A stretch of 64,000 nt of DNA from Octopus sinensis (taxonomy: Eukaryota), in NCBI RefSeq assembly GCF_006345805.1, contig NC_043015.1, positions 18,972,001-19,036,000 of the forward strand. The letters run 5' to 3'. The translations under genes and the position numbers were made by a program. Under the pieces are notes generated by a model that had not been told where the DNA came from, did not search any database, and worked only from the letters and a program-made list of their open reading frames with translations. Below are positions 12,557-25,720 of the stretch, one piece after another; within the stretch, counting starts at the first letter, position 1, and each line of letters opens with the position of its first letter.

Positions 12557-15067
12557 AACAAACACGCGTGTGCGTGCATATAAATGTGTGTATGTATATA
12601 TATATACGTATGTATGTATGTATGTATGTATGTATGTATGTATGTATGTATGTATGTATGTATAGGACACAGCACATTCATTGAAAACACATTCGTCGTC
12701 TCGTAGAAAGCGCATGTGTTGAAAGTATATTGGCCGAAAAACAAATTAGTCGAAACAATGAAATTTCATGAGCGAACCTATGGATACTTTGTGTAATTAG
12801 TGCATACAAATTTTAGTGAAATGACTCTACAATGATTTCAAATTTTGGCAGAAGGAGAGCAATTCCCCATTCTTAATTGTTGAATTTATTTAATTACGTG
12901 ACTAAGACTCATGAAAAGGCCAAGAGTATTAGTTGTTGCTGGAATAACTACAATTTTTAAATGTGTCTTTTCAAGCGACTCTAATCATTTCTTATCAACG
13001 CTTTGTGTCATCAGTTGGTTGTTCATTAGAAATTAATTCTTTAAGCATCAGACTGCTAACCTAAATTTAGCTCTATAATATAACCATTTTGCCGTGAAAT
13101 AAATAAATATAAGTTATTAAAGAGGTTATAGAATGATATTTATCTCTCCAAGCCCTATCAGCAGGATAGAATTTGACCACCTGCATCATTTTTCACAGAC
13201 GGCCACTCAATGGTGCAATTTCAACTGTATAGCCATTGTCCGATAATTTTCAGGCAGTTTGGAATTTATTTTCAGTAGCAAGCGTATCAAGTTTAGCTTT
13301 ACTCTCATTCTGGAAGTAGTACGGTACCATTTGCCGGAAGCGATTTAGAGGAAAATAAATTAAGTGAGGGCAATCCCTTAACTAGAAACAGTCTGTTCAT
13401 GTTAACGTATTCATATTATCGAAGAAAGTATTTTCTTCATAAACCTATGTAAAATGTTAAAAATATATCGAAATCGCTTCCAATGTAAATAATTTTGGTT
13501 TTATCATCAAATTTATATTTAATATTTTCCACATTGTCTTGTAGGCTTAAGTTACAGCCACCTATTTACAGAATCTTCCAACAAAAACAGTTACTATCTA
13601 GAACTGCAGATGACTCAATTACCATGTACATCTGCATAACATCACAACCCAGCCAGAATAGGTATGGAGTCGGCGAATTCTTCTGATCAAAGAAACCTCC
13701 ACTGGAAGTGAAAGAGCAGACACTATAGCTTCATATTTTTAGATGAGGGTATGGCAGCCAAACTGACTGACAGTACCATGTATAGGTAATCATTACTGTT
13801 CAGTACACTTTCAGTGTGCTTATTTTTGCCTGAAATTGGCTGCAGTGGGAGTCATCAAGGTATAATGTCAATTTACCTGGGAATGTGGAACGAATCAAAT
13901 ACTGAGCAATTTAACCTGATATACTGTCTATCGAGGGACTTGAGAGGGACTGTTGCTCAATCTAATATGCTTCTGGTTTAATGCAGATCACTTCAACTTT
14001 CGAGACATTCAGCACTAGAATCGGCCCTGTTCGAGAGGTGAGAGAGAAAGGGAAAGAAAAAAAGGAGAGAAAGGGAGAGAAACACCTTTCATTAGATGCA
14101 GCTTCTACAGTAAGGACTCAAAAGTTAAAACATACATAAACGTCAATAGACCCAATCAAATCCCCACTAAAATTTGACTTACTTCCAATACCTTCTAGGT
14201 TGTACCGCAAGATATAGAAACTGATCTGGATATATTTTTCATAAATTTCCCAAAATTTTACTGACTCTAGAACTCTTCCAAGGACAAATATCAAGTTTAT
14301 TTTAAATTGTACCTTGATAAAAATAAACTCCATTTTTAGTTTAGTCGTGGGCCTAAAATGGCATCATTTCCCAATCTAATACTCACATAACTTGTAATTC
14401 TCTGATTCTAATGTAAGTTGCAGTTCAAGTTAGCAAAAGCAGGAAAGAAGAAACTTGGTTATGAGTACCTTAAGCAGTTTTTCAGTTCATTCCCTATTCG
14501 AGATACTTCAAAAAAGAGTCATTGAAAGTGCTGCTGAAATATTGCAAGGTCCTCTTAGGTTTCCGACACCACGCACCCATTCTGGTCCATCAAATGTTGT
14601 CATAGAAATTCCCCTTAAACGAACAAACATATAAGAGGCTTATTTATTCCTTGCACAGACACCTAGCAAGTATCTAAGATGCTATTCCAACCTCTCACTA
14701 GTAGTAATGAGCAATATATGTTGAGTAATGTTTCCATATACCTAAATAAATCTGGAGTATGACCCTGTGTGACTCACTGAATGTGGCACTGTGAGTTTTG
14801 GGCCCTGTGAGTTTGTGACATCCAAAATAATCAATTTGCTATCTTGAAGGATTCTCCTTATCTTGATTACTTCTAATCTCTGTTCATATCCTTTTTTAGA
14901 ATGAGAAAATGCTATAATTTTATAACAGTCAATGTTTCGTCGGTATAAGAAAAACAACTCTTTATGTCAAAAGGGTGACGGTGTATTGTGTGAGCTGTTC
15001 ATGGTTCGCGTGTGATAACGGTGATGGTCTGTTGAACTTGTAGCAGATACACTAATTAAAATTTTGT

Positions 15068-15190
15068 TTTTCATCCTTTGGGGGTCGATGAAATAATTAC
15101 CAGTCAAATACTGGTGTTGATGTAATTGACTAGCCACCCACATCGTCCTCGCGAATTTTAGGCCTTTTACCTATAGAAGAAAGGGTTATT
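15068..15190 (+). mobile_element. SINE family A, 3' fragment
   Basis: tttcatcctttggggtcgat...taccag...ggccttttacctatagaagaaagggttatt matches the family A body and tail. Confidence 0.6.
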
Positions 15191-15399
15191 AGAGCAGGTC
15201 CAACATGTTGTGTCTAGCCGTAGAAAAGGAAACATTCAACTCTTAATAGCCTAGATTTTAATAGGGTAACCATTTAGGGGAGGCGACAACAAAATGAGAG
15301 TAAAGTACAGCTGATACGCGTCTGTTTAGTAAAATCATAATATAAGTGTTATCTTGTTACAAACCAATTTTATTTTATATATATATCAATACATCTGTA

Positions 15400-15630
15400 A
15401 GCGGGATGGGCTACTCGACCTGAAGAAAACTGTAACTGGGTCCGACTGGCAAGGTCATGTGCCGTTTATCTTGATATGAGATCGCCATGTCACGTACATA
15501 TGGCTGAGATGCATGTGCTTAGTGCACCTTTATCAGACGTGTAGTCGTGATGGGTATATTGAACTTCGTGCATTACTCCCCCAGAGTCACTTTGATGGCA
15601 TGTGCTGCTCTCTCACTCAATAACAATAAT
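15400..15630 (+). repeat. Interspersed repeat 3' end with (AAT)n tail (SINE or LINE tail)
   Basis: GC-richer block ending ...gctctctcactcaataacaataat; family assignment is by recognition only. Confidence 0.35.
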
Positions 15631-15774
15631 ACTAATAATGATTTCTTTATTAACCCCAAGAAATCAAAGATACAAAATATAATACAAGATGCAGGGTATG
15701 TTTTGACGTGTAACAACAAACAAAACTCCAAAATGGAAAGATAGCTGCATAGGACCAATCAGGAAACTTCCATG

Positions 15775-16070
15775 AAACACCGATGATTCTCGCGAATAAA
15801 AAATTGTTCGACAAAACTCCACAAATCAGTAATACGTGGACACTGTAAGGGCTCGTGCAGTCCGGTTTCAGAGCTCTGCGTACATCTTGAACTCTTGCAA
15901 TAAGTTTCTAGTAACCTTTCTTGCTTAGTAGTCTTCGGCGACGTCCGCGGTCTTTCGGAACGTTTCTTGTGCACATTCTGAACAGTTCCATCTGCTACAA
16001 ACTTATTCAATAATCGATTGGTGTTAAGTTGAGTGAAAACATTTTCAAACTTCTAGTAACACATTTGCTT
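15775..16070 (-). mobile_element. Tc1-like transposase N-terminal fragment joined to a short Tx1 fragment
   Basis: NKFVADGTVQNVHKKRSERPRTS resembles KF..TGSV....RSGRPRT of Tc1-type HTHs. SETGLHEPLQCPRITDLWSFVEQ matches Tx1 DETVLHALVQCPTISDLWAYVEQ. Confidence 0.45.
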
Positions 16071-16103
16071 TGTTTAAAGCTTAGTCTGGCTCCACTATTT
16101 CTA

Positions 16104-16306
16104 GCGGCGAGCTGGCAGAATCGTTTGCATGCCGGGCGAAATGCGTAGCCGTATTTCGTCTGCCGTTACGTTCTGAGTTCAAATTCTGCCTATCATTCTT
16201 TCGGGGTCGATAAATTAAGTACCAGTTATGCACTGGGGTCGATATAATCGACTGCTCGCCCTCCTCCAAAATTTCAGGGCTTGTGCCTTGAGTAGAAAGG
16301 ATTATT
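16104..16306 (+). mobile_element. tRNA-derived SINE family A
   Basis: A-box-like tggcagaatcg, B-box gagttcaaattc, body, and tail gagtagaaaggattatt. Confidence 0.85.
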
Positions 16307-18242
16307 TCTAGTGAGTTAAATCGAAAAAGAAATGAAAAGTAAGTGTGTATCCATTGCTTTTTGGGATACCTCCTTTATATGTTCATAGTATATAAATATA
16401 TATTATATTTAGAGAAATGTATGGGTTTACAAGCATGTGAATGGAAAGAGTAAATAATATGAGAGCATTACATCACAGTAGATATCAACGACTTAACTAT
16501 ATATTATTCTGACAAAAGCAAAGCAATTAGTCAGTTAATGTAGGAATATACGAACAAATTCGATGATTTGGCATCTATTACTGAAACTTCATGTAAATGA
16601 CGTAAGAAGATGCCTAGATGTTTGGCGTTGGCCATCTGATACAAAACTATTCACTTCATTAAACTAAAAAGCATTTCATTTGACTACTAGTTTTCCTAGT
16701 ACATTACATGTTTCTTTTCTATCGCTAAGGTAACCACTACAGCCACTGCTTCATTAGTTGTCGTCACCGTTAAGGTAAATTTAATTGTTGGCGGCGGTAT
16801 TGCAACAATTTTTATTGAGAATATAATTCATATTGCAGGTATTAAATAATTTGTTGCTCATCTGTAGCTGCAAAAGATACTGGCACGATATTGACATTGA
16901 TTCGTCGTCTCTTTTGCATAATAGAATAGACATGCGGTGATCGCGGATGATTGCAACCCCTATCCTGGAATTCTCCCTCGTTGAAGAAGCGGAGGGGAGC
17001 TTAATTAGATTGGTATTGCTGTGTAGAAGATCTAATGGTTACCCACTGTAGTACTTCAGAAGAATATTAAAATGAACAGCAACTCCCAGTGGTGATGACT
17101 GCAGAAGCTGCTCCGTTGTTTCCAGAGAGCCGCCGGTCGCAGCTCCGGGGATAGCCTTAGCGGAAGCAAACGAAATCGCTAAGTCTGAGTTCACCTCGTC
17201 GAACATAGAACTGTATAGAGACTACAAGCAGCAGGACTCTTCATCGATGCAGCGAAGTGGTGTGGATAAAAAGAGAAACTTGTGAAATATGGGAAATCGT
17301 CGGGGATGGTAAAGTCAGTGTAAAGACTGAAACCAGATCAAAATCAAGTGAGAGGAGTGGATATTTGCCCATACCTCTGTAATGTTTGAGGTCGATTCAC
17401 AGTTGTCCAAAAGTTTTAACGATAGCCTGTCAAATCTAAGCTATCTCAAGGTGTAGAGGGAAAGAATATTGTGCTAAGGACCTAATTATATAAAAAACAG
17501 AAATGATAGACCACTAGTAAAAAGCAATATGTGCAAAAGATGCTCATTGGAACACTTGGAACCCAGGGAGGAGATTTGCAGATTTGTAGCGTATACCCAC
17601 TCTCTGTACTAAAAATTACTTTGTACCAGGTCCCATTTATTGTATATATATGTACCCTTCCATGTTATGTGACACTATTCTATTACACATTTTTAAATAT
17701 AAGCATACACAGAAAGATATAGATGACAGATATACACTAATGTTTTAATAGCTTATATGCTACGTATTGCTTTACAAAGAAAATACATACCCACGCACAC
17801 ACACACATATGGAAGAAACTTATATATAAATATATATATGTATATACATATGTATATACATTTATATGTATATCTGTTACCTTACTCTACGGCTTTTTCT
17901 ATGTAAATGAAGATGTGTCTATTTATCACCAGACAAGATAAAATCTGCACTGCCGGATGTTTCTGAACCAGTTGTTGAGTATCCCACCCATGAGGGATCG
18001 ATGCTAGATGTGTCGAAACAATTGTCGTGATAAATTATAAATTCTCTTATATTCCATCTTTCATGCCATATACATGTGGTAAAGCAAATCTTTGCTGAAC
18101 CCTAATTATAAAGTATTACTTAAGTTTACCGTGAAATGGTCCTTATCATGCCGAATTCTACTTGGTGAAATTATTGATTACTACTTAATTAATGAATTTT
18201 ACCTTTTGTTATTATTGCTAATATATATATATATATATATAT

Positions 18243-18361
18243 AAGTTCAGCAAAAATTTAGTTTCAAATGAATATGGTACTTAATTTAGATGCACCAGAA
18301 TTTTGAATGGTGTTACCCATAAAAATCCGTGGGGTGATTATAATCAAAATAAGCAACAAGA
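18243..18361 (-). mobile_element. Isolated fragment of the Penelope 5' region between (TA)n tracts
   Basis: Reverse complement matches about 46235-46352 (cttgttgcttatttt..attataatcac.ccacggatttttatgg...tttttgctgaacttat). Confidence 0.75.
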
Positions 18362-18378
18362 AATATATATATATATAT

Positions 18379-18413
<35 letters not shown>

Positions 18414-18487
18414 TGCATATGTATATATACATGTATATATGCATGTATATATATATACATGTGTATATATATGCATACACATATATA

Positions 18488-18561
<74 letters not shown>

Positions 18562-18630
18562 TGATAGAAATGGTAGGACAATAAAAGAATGAAAGAGACC
18601 TCGATATTATGTAAATAGAGGAATTTATCC

Positions 18631-20026
18631 GTAAATGTAATATGTGACATGATAAAACTCCGAGAAGCCATCTCTTCAGCTTTCCGGCCATCGGAAAAAT
18701 GCTATAAAAAATGACCGTTAAACAAAGGGAAATTACTGAGTGATTGACTGTTGTTAAAACAAAAGAGCTATTTGAATGCCGGCTAAGTGAAGGAGGGAGT
18801 AAAGTAAGGGGGTAAAAATGTTCATAGTATTTGCGTAAGCGCGCATGTCCATACCTACACATGCACCTATAAGTATACACCATCATTTGAAACACACACA
18901 TTCTCACCTACACAATTCGTCCTAAATATATATACAATCCCACACATACACACACGCGCACCAAAAAGGTTCATGCACATGTCTATATACGCACATGTAC
19001 AAGAAAAAACCGGGCTAAAGACAACAATACAGAAAAAAGTGTAAAGAAATATTTAAAAAATAAGCAATATAAGTAAAACACGTCTATATACGCACATACC
19101 GGTATGCACGCACAGACACACGTCTATATATGCGCATACCCGCATACGTCTATATACGCAAACACACACACACTCACGCTCACAAAAAAGTTCATACACA
19201 CGTTTATATACGCACATGCACAAGAAAAAACAGGGCTAAAGGCAAAATACAGGAAAATATGTAAAAACTGTATCAAAAACAATGAGCAAAACACATCTAT
19301 ATACGCACATACCCGCACACATCCACACATCCACACGCGCGCACACATGCACGCATCCACACGTCTATATACGCACAGGGAAAAATACAGGGTGGAAGGT
19401 AGAATATCGAAAAAACATGTGTAAAAAATATATTTGAGAAATAAACCTATAAAACAATATCTCTATAAATATGTAAAAAATATATGTATAAAAATATAAA
19501 TATATATAAAAATATATAAGAGAAATATAAGTAAAAAGTATAAAGAGATAAAAAGCTTGTACGTAGACCCAATATAGAAAGCAAGTCCTATCTGTAATCT
19601 CGTGGGGTCTAAAAACGTAACAAATATTTAGCCACGATTGGGCATGAACCGAAAAGTTCAGTTCCTGAATTCAGACATGTAGCGGGGTCTAAGCTGCTTT
19701 TTCAAATGAACTATCTTTCCATATCACAAAGACCGCTCTTTCCACTGCCGTTGGTGTATGGATTACACTTGGCTTAGATCTTCCAATGGATGTTGTAACT
19801 GACACCTTTATCTTTTAAGGACCATATATGATTGGATAATTTGGTCGTTTTCCTTTTATCCTAGTGCCTGAAGCTCAAGGTGTGATTATTGAACCTGGCT
19901 TTGAAATTACCCTCTGTAAGGACCACGTATTTCTTCGTCGAAACCACGTCCTTAGGTAATTCCCACCTCGACATCCAAAACTCGGAGTTTTATCATAGCT
20001 ACCGAATAATTGTCACATATTACATT

Positions 20027-20030
<4 letters not shown>
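18631..20030 (-). mobile_element. 5'-truncated Penelope-like element: GIY-YIG C-terminus, 3' UTR and inverted terminal segment
   Basis: About 19960-19620 (-) translates KKYVVLTEGNFKARFNNHTLSFRH*DKRKTTKLSNHIWSLKDKGVSYNIHWKI. Segments 18631-18664 and 19981-20029 are inverted copies, the typical Penelope inverted 5' end. Confidence 0.8.
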
Positions 20031-20065
<35 letters not shown>

Positions 20066-20205
20066 GGACAAAAAAAAATTAATACACAGAGGATAATTAC
20101 ATTCATTCTATTTGACGCAATCATATTCTCAACTCATAGATTAACTATTAATTCATGATGGTTCTGCGAGCCCAAGTCAATTACTGATATTGATTGTTCC
20201 ATAAA

Positions 20206-20600
20206 GCGGCGAGCTGGCAGAAACAGCATACCGGGCGAAATGCTCTGTAGTATTTCGTCTGCTGCTACGTTCTGCGTTCAAATTCCACCGAGGTCGACTT
20301 TGCCTTTCATCCTTTCGGGGTCGATAAATAAAGTACCAGTTACGCACTGGGGTCGATATAATCGACTTAATCCCTTTGTCTGTCCTTGTTTGTCCCCTCT
20401 GTGTTTAGCCCCTTGTGGGCAATAAAGAAATAGGCATTTCGTCTGTCTCTACGTTCTGAGTTCAAATTCCGCCGAGGTCGACTTTACCTTTCATCCTTTC
20501 GGAGTCGATAAATTAAGTACCAGTTACGTACTGGGTTCAATCTAATTGACTGCTCCCCCACCTCCCCAAAAATTTCGGGCCTTGTTCCTAGAGTAGAAAA
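20206..20600 (+). mobile_element. Head-to-tail pair of family A SINEs with two different tails
   Basis: Full head at 20206 with tail ...ccccttgtgggcaataaagaaata. A second, 5'-truncated unit from about 20433 ends ...gggccttgttcctagagtagaaaac. Confidence 0.85.
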
Positions 20601-22569
20601 CAATATTGACAGTTCCATTAATAAAGCTACAGCTTTCTAACCTGATCAAGATTATCTCTTTTCTGTATCTCCTACTGGGGTGGTTAATGAGCCAGAAAAC
20701 GAGAATTTTTTATCTGCTATAAACTGCAGTGAAATTGCCTTTAGAAATTAAAATATATCAAATATTTTTGAACTAACCAAAAGTTTGTTTATTTGTCATC
20801 ACTGCTTAACACAGCTACTACTATAATCTTAATATTTTAATTATATTGGTGTGGGTCCTACTGTGATCTATTCAACTAATCACAGTTCACCGTATCTGGT
20901 GAAGTAGGGATGAGATAATCACTAAGTAGATTCACAAAAATATACGCTTAATAGTATAGAAAACTAAAAATCTTCGTACAAATTATTACTCAGAAATACC
21001 CGGCTGATCGATTTAAACATTTCTTGATCAATATGAAATAGTGTTGCCTATTTTATATAATATATGCATCAGCAAATGACAATGATTATATGTTTTCATT
21101 TTAGTCGGATATGGCAAAAACGAGTAAAATCACGGAAGCTAGCTGCAGTGGATTGGGAGCTTTGGCTATTTATAAGACAGAGGTGAGCATATTTATGTCA
21201 AAAAGGGAGTAAAATAATTAATGGTAATATTATAACAAATTTTTATCAATCAGACCTGACAGGAAACATTCAGAAGGATTTGATTCAATTTAGTAGTTCC
21301 ATTGTTCCAAAAACCTGTATTGGTTTTGCATATGTATAAATCAGTGGACTTGTCCATCATATTTGCAAATCTCTTGGGATCAAGTTCATTTATTCCTTCA
21401 AACAGACAATCAAGAGATTTTGACATTTTTTTTTATGACAGTGAACAGAGAGGTTTGGAAACATTAAATTCATTATTTATCAAGTCAAATTTTCAATATA
21501 AATCTCCTGTACTTTTATCAAATGCAATGGGGAATTTTTGATTTATTAAAAAAATTTAATTTTATCATTTGAACTGCCGGAAAATAAAAAGCATTTTCCT
21601 ATTGTGGTATCACACTCATCTGAATTCCATATCTGAGTGAATAACTAAAATCAGTTTAGAGATAAAAATACATTTATGAATTACTGGCTATGCGACTAGG
21701 AAGTTCACTTCACTACCGTGTGATTCCTGGTTCGTCCCCGCTGCACAGCAGAATTACGTTCCCGCTGTACGGAAACTGTTTTGAATCCTGTCGTAAATAT
21801 GTACATATGTGATCGTGTTTGTGGGACTAATTTTTCCAATATATATCGACGAATGATGTAAATATCGGCGTGGTAATAAAAACAAAACAAAAATCAAGTG
21901 ATTTACGAATATGGTCCTTTGATATATTCCTTCTGTATCGAGTTGCAGACCTCATTTATTACTCACATTGCCAGTTGTTTGCCAGGTAAAAATGTGAAAC
22001 CAACTACATTATCGCTCACTAATTGCCATATAAAATTAAAATAAATAAAACACCTTTGTATTGTGTCCAAAACTTTCAAAACCAATTTCAAAATCAGACG
22101 AATTGAAATTTTCATCTTCGCTATTAGAGCATATTTTACCAACCGTATCTCCGACTCTTTATTAAGACAACAGTTTACCTTAAAGTTTAATATCCTTAAC
22201 AATTCAATGTAAAAATGCTTTAATGCTTTTATGATAAAAAGCAAAGTTTTGGTGTTAAACTGTATAAATTTCGGAGAATATAACCGTAACATTTTTAAAG
22301 AAGAATTTTTTTTTATTGTTGCAGCTCTTTTGGCTCAAAATACAAAATATTAAGTGTTCTATGGTGATAGATCATCACTCGAGTTCATTAGTATTTTATT
22401 AGGCAACTTGAAAAAATTTGGCGCAGCTCTTCAAGCGTTAGCGTACAAATTATAGGTTTCTCCAACTAGCAGAGAACTATGAAAAATCTATTTTCAATTC
22501 AAGCAAATGTAACAGCCGTTATGTTATGGCAAACAAATTTTAATCCTTCCGTCTTCAAAAATAAATGTT

Positions 22570-23300
22570 ATATACCAGAAAATGAGATGAGGCATTTATA
22601 GCTTGAATGCTGATGGACCGTTATGGCTCGACACAGAGCAAGGTCTCTTCCAGATGATAAATTATCGGAAAAAGACAAGAACCATAACTCTACACGAAAA
22701 GAAGAAACTGAAACCTCACAATTAAAAATATGTTTTCGAATATATACACAGACTGAAGGTAACAATCCAACATGGCATTGGTTGTGAAAAATAAAACAAA
22801 ATAAAATGAAACTAAAGAATTAAATTCTATCTTACAATCTTCCAATAAATGCACATTACAGAAATAACAGACTGAAAAGAACGGAAGATATGTGTGCTGG
22901 AGAATTGCTGAAGAGGTCACAGGATGTGTAACGAAAGATTTCCGGACAAAGGACTCTAAAAATCAGAAATAATGGTTTTCTGGTTTCAGCACAAATCTAG
23001 TAGCTTTGATGGGAGGAGTGTTATTCGATGCCACGGTTTCCAGTACAGTACTTGACTAGTACTTATTTTATCAACTTCAAAAACAAAATTGAAATCAGAG
23101 CATGAAAAGCCAGAGCAAATACTGCAAAGCATATTTTCCGATGCACAAAGATTTTGCCTGCTAGTGTCCAGAAATAATAAGAGTGACGACCACAACAACG
23201 AAGAAAGAGGAAGCATTCTTATTATCATAGGTCCACACAGAAATCATTTTAAAATTCCGATGATTTCACGTAGAAAATCAATCATTGTATAAATGACAAA
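22570..23300 (+). mobile_element. Very decayed R4/Dong-type C-terminal remnant
   Basis: LKIRNNGFLVSAQ resembles LKAETEGFLVAAQDQ, followed by a TAKHIFRC segment resembling the HIVSGC knuckle; many stops. Confidence 0.35.
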
Positions 23301-23899
23301 AATTATTTGAAAACGTTGCAATTAATGACCTAAAAACGTCTTTATGGAAATAATAAATTCTATCATCCCAGACTGCATATACGTAGCTTTAATATTTCGA
23401 AAGATATGTTTACAGCTAGAACGAGAGGTCAACTAATATTCCTAATTACGCTCAGAAAAGCCCCATCACAAGGGAGAAAGCCTCTGTATATACATATCAG
23501 AAAAGATATTCGTAAATCAACAGAAGACAATACAATTTTAGAATGCAGAAATAAACATCACTATCTAGAAACGCAAAAATATTTACCATTATCGACCTCA
23601 TCAACTATCTTTCTCCCAAACGCAACACATACTGGTTTTTATATAGGGCAGATAAAAGGTTCTCATTTCATTTCTGGTTTTAAATTTCAAATGGGGTCGC
23701 CCTAAATTGTGTTGTGACCATAGACTCTGATTTCAACAGGTAAAGAAGTGGTACACACACACACGGACTGAGTGGCAGAGAGATAGGGGAGTATGCTTCT
23801 TCAGTAATATAGTTTTATTCGTAAAAGTAATATAGTGATTACTGATTGATTGAATAAATAATAGTAAACAAGGAAAGTAGTAACCTTGAGCATAATTAC

Positions 23900-24790
23900 G
23901 CAAAAAGCATATTTACACAGTCTTTATGTTCTCAAATCAGACTGTTGACTGCTTGATACTGAATTAGCGATCATGAATAAAGTGTTCTCAAATGGGAATG
24001 ACTTGATAATTTGCGGGAGTCCGGCGTCTGCATTCTCTTCATCGAGGACGGTAGTAACATGTAAGGCAATATTATTACTATTGCAAGGTGGTGAGCTGGC
24101 AGGCAGAATTGTTAGCTTGCCGGGCAAAACGCTCAGCGGCATTTTGTCTATCCTTGCGTTCTGAGTTCAAATTCCGCCAAGGTCGACTTTACCTTTCATC
24201 CTCTCGGGGTCGACAAAATAAGTACCAGTTGAACACTTGCCCTCACTCCCGAAATTGCTGGCCTTGTGCCAAAATTTGAAACCAACCTTATTACTGCAAT
24301 GGATCTCTGATAGAGTGGCTATAGTTTTGATGTATTTGACTGAAGAAACAAACACTCGACGGCTCCACCTGACAATTCAAATTGACACCATATTGTCAAC
24401 AATGGTACATTACTCGAGTCCAACACTTACTAAATATAACAGTAAGTGTACAATAATAGGACGGCAGACAGAATTTTTTACAGAGAGCAGAATGAAAACA
24501 GCAGATATGTCATTCATGTCTACTTTTGGGAAATGTATTTTATGAGTAATAATTTCTTGTCTGATTTGTTGGATTAACACAACACTCAAATCAGACAAGT
24601 CCTAATTTATGAACGATGGGTTTGTGTTTCTGTTTTTAATGGTACTATCATCCAAAAACTTCTACAGTCCAAGTACGCTGAGTGGCCTGATGCCATGGTG
24701 ATCTTTGAAACGCCCTCCGATGATACGATTGACTGGACTTTAACTTTATCGGCATAAGTTCATTCATAAACTGGTATCGGAGCAGAGTCA
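23900..24790 (-). mobile_element. Decayed pogo/Tigger transposase remnant, interrupted by a SINE
   Basis: RFKDHHGIRPLSV (about 24680-24720) resembles RFKKRHGIRQLSV and is nucleotide-similar to 25580-25670. ENADAGLPQIIKSFPFENTL weakly resembles NADETGL..KSLP..TL. Confidence 0.35.
24085..24293 (+). mobile_element. tRNA-derived SINE family A
   Basis: ggtggtgagctggcag head, gagttcaaattccgcc B box, ggggtcgac..aataagtaccag body. Confidence 0.8.
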
Positions 24791-25369
24791 AGAAACCCTG
24801 TTTTATGTTTGTAAGTAAATCACAAAATTTTAGTTTGGTTGAATTGTTCCTCTTTCATTTGCTTAGTGAAATTATTTTAATGCAACGGAAGTGCCACTTT
24901 GGTTGATTAATTTCTAATCATCAGTATTGTTGTTTTTGATGTAGGACACTGTTGCTTTTCGAATCTTGTACTCAAGTACAATCTTTAATGTTTTTGCCCA
25001 TCATTTGTACACTATACCTCACCTCCTGTTTAATTGTCAATGATGTTCTCTTCACAACTTTCTTCACAGTAAACTTGATTGCTTGTAACACGTGTACATA
25101 AACACCACTGATTTTGCTTTGCATTTAAATCATTCAGTGTATCAGTTATTTTCATATGATAAAATCCTTTTAATATCGTTTAAATAGACAAGCTGATAAC
25201 AAATTATCAGACAGACAGACACCTAGTAATTTAAGGGTGAACAAAAGTTTCTGCCGGTGCACCAGTGTTGGTAATACCTTTATGTAACGTAATATGTTCT
25301 TCGTTCTTCAGTTATTCAAAATCACTTTTAATTATTATAAACAAAACGGTAGAGTCAGTACTAAACTGT

Positions 25370-25720
25370 GTGCGCAGAACGATACAGGAAGGGGAATAGT
25401 AGCTAGAAAAGGACATTTATATAAGATATTACTAGGAAAAGCTATCGTCACCGATATAAAATTGGGGGCGCTATTATACAGCATTTATCTAAGAGACTGA
25501 AGAACATGTATCCAACGCTGTGTTTTAGACATTAATTTTATACATTGATGTTACAGAAAGAAAAGTGTTGTCAGTTTTAATGAATGAATCTATGCCGATG
25601 AAACATAAGAGTCTGACCACAGGCTGGCTACAACGTTTCAAAGTTCGTCAGTCATCAGGCTACTCAGTGCAGAAATCTGAGAATGACAGCACCATAGAAA
25701 CATTCATTCAAAATATATGT
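25370..25720 (+). mobile_element. pogo/Tigger transposase N-terminal (CENP-B-type HTH) remnant
   Basis: GKAIVTDIK (compare GKSTVSDIK) and TGWLQRFKVRQ (compare NGWLERFKKRH). Confidence 0.6.

Noticed and set aside
12860-13340. Protein-like minus-strand frames (RFRQMVPYYFQNESKAKLDTLATENKF; LKELISNEQPTDD) suggesting a host exon or Gypsy pol
   Set aside because: Multiple stops, no clear splice context, and the putative Gypsy motifs are in the wrong order.
14480-14960. Exon-like frames (HSLFEILQKRVIESAAEILQGPLRFPTPR; ORF 14742-14957)
   Set aside because: Short, no recognisable homology and no consistent multi-exon structure; cannot be supported without a search.
16104-16170. tRNA-like A/B boxes as a tRNA gene (also at 20206, 24085 and 62994)
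   Set aside because: No cloverleaf, and each continues into a shared repeat body, so they are SINE heads.
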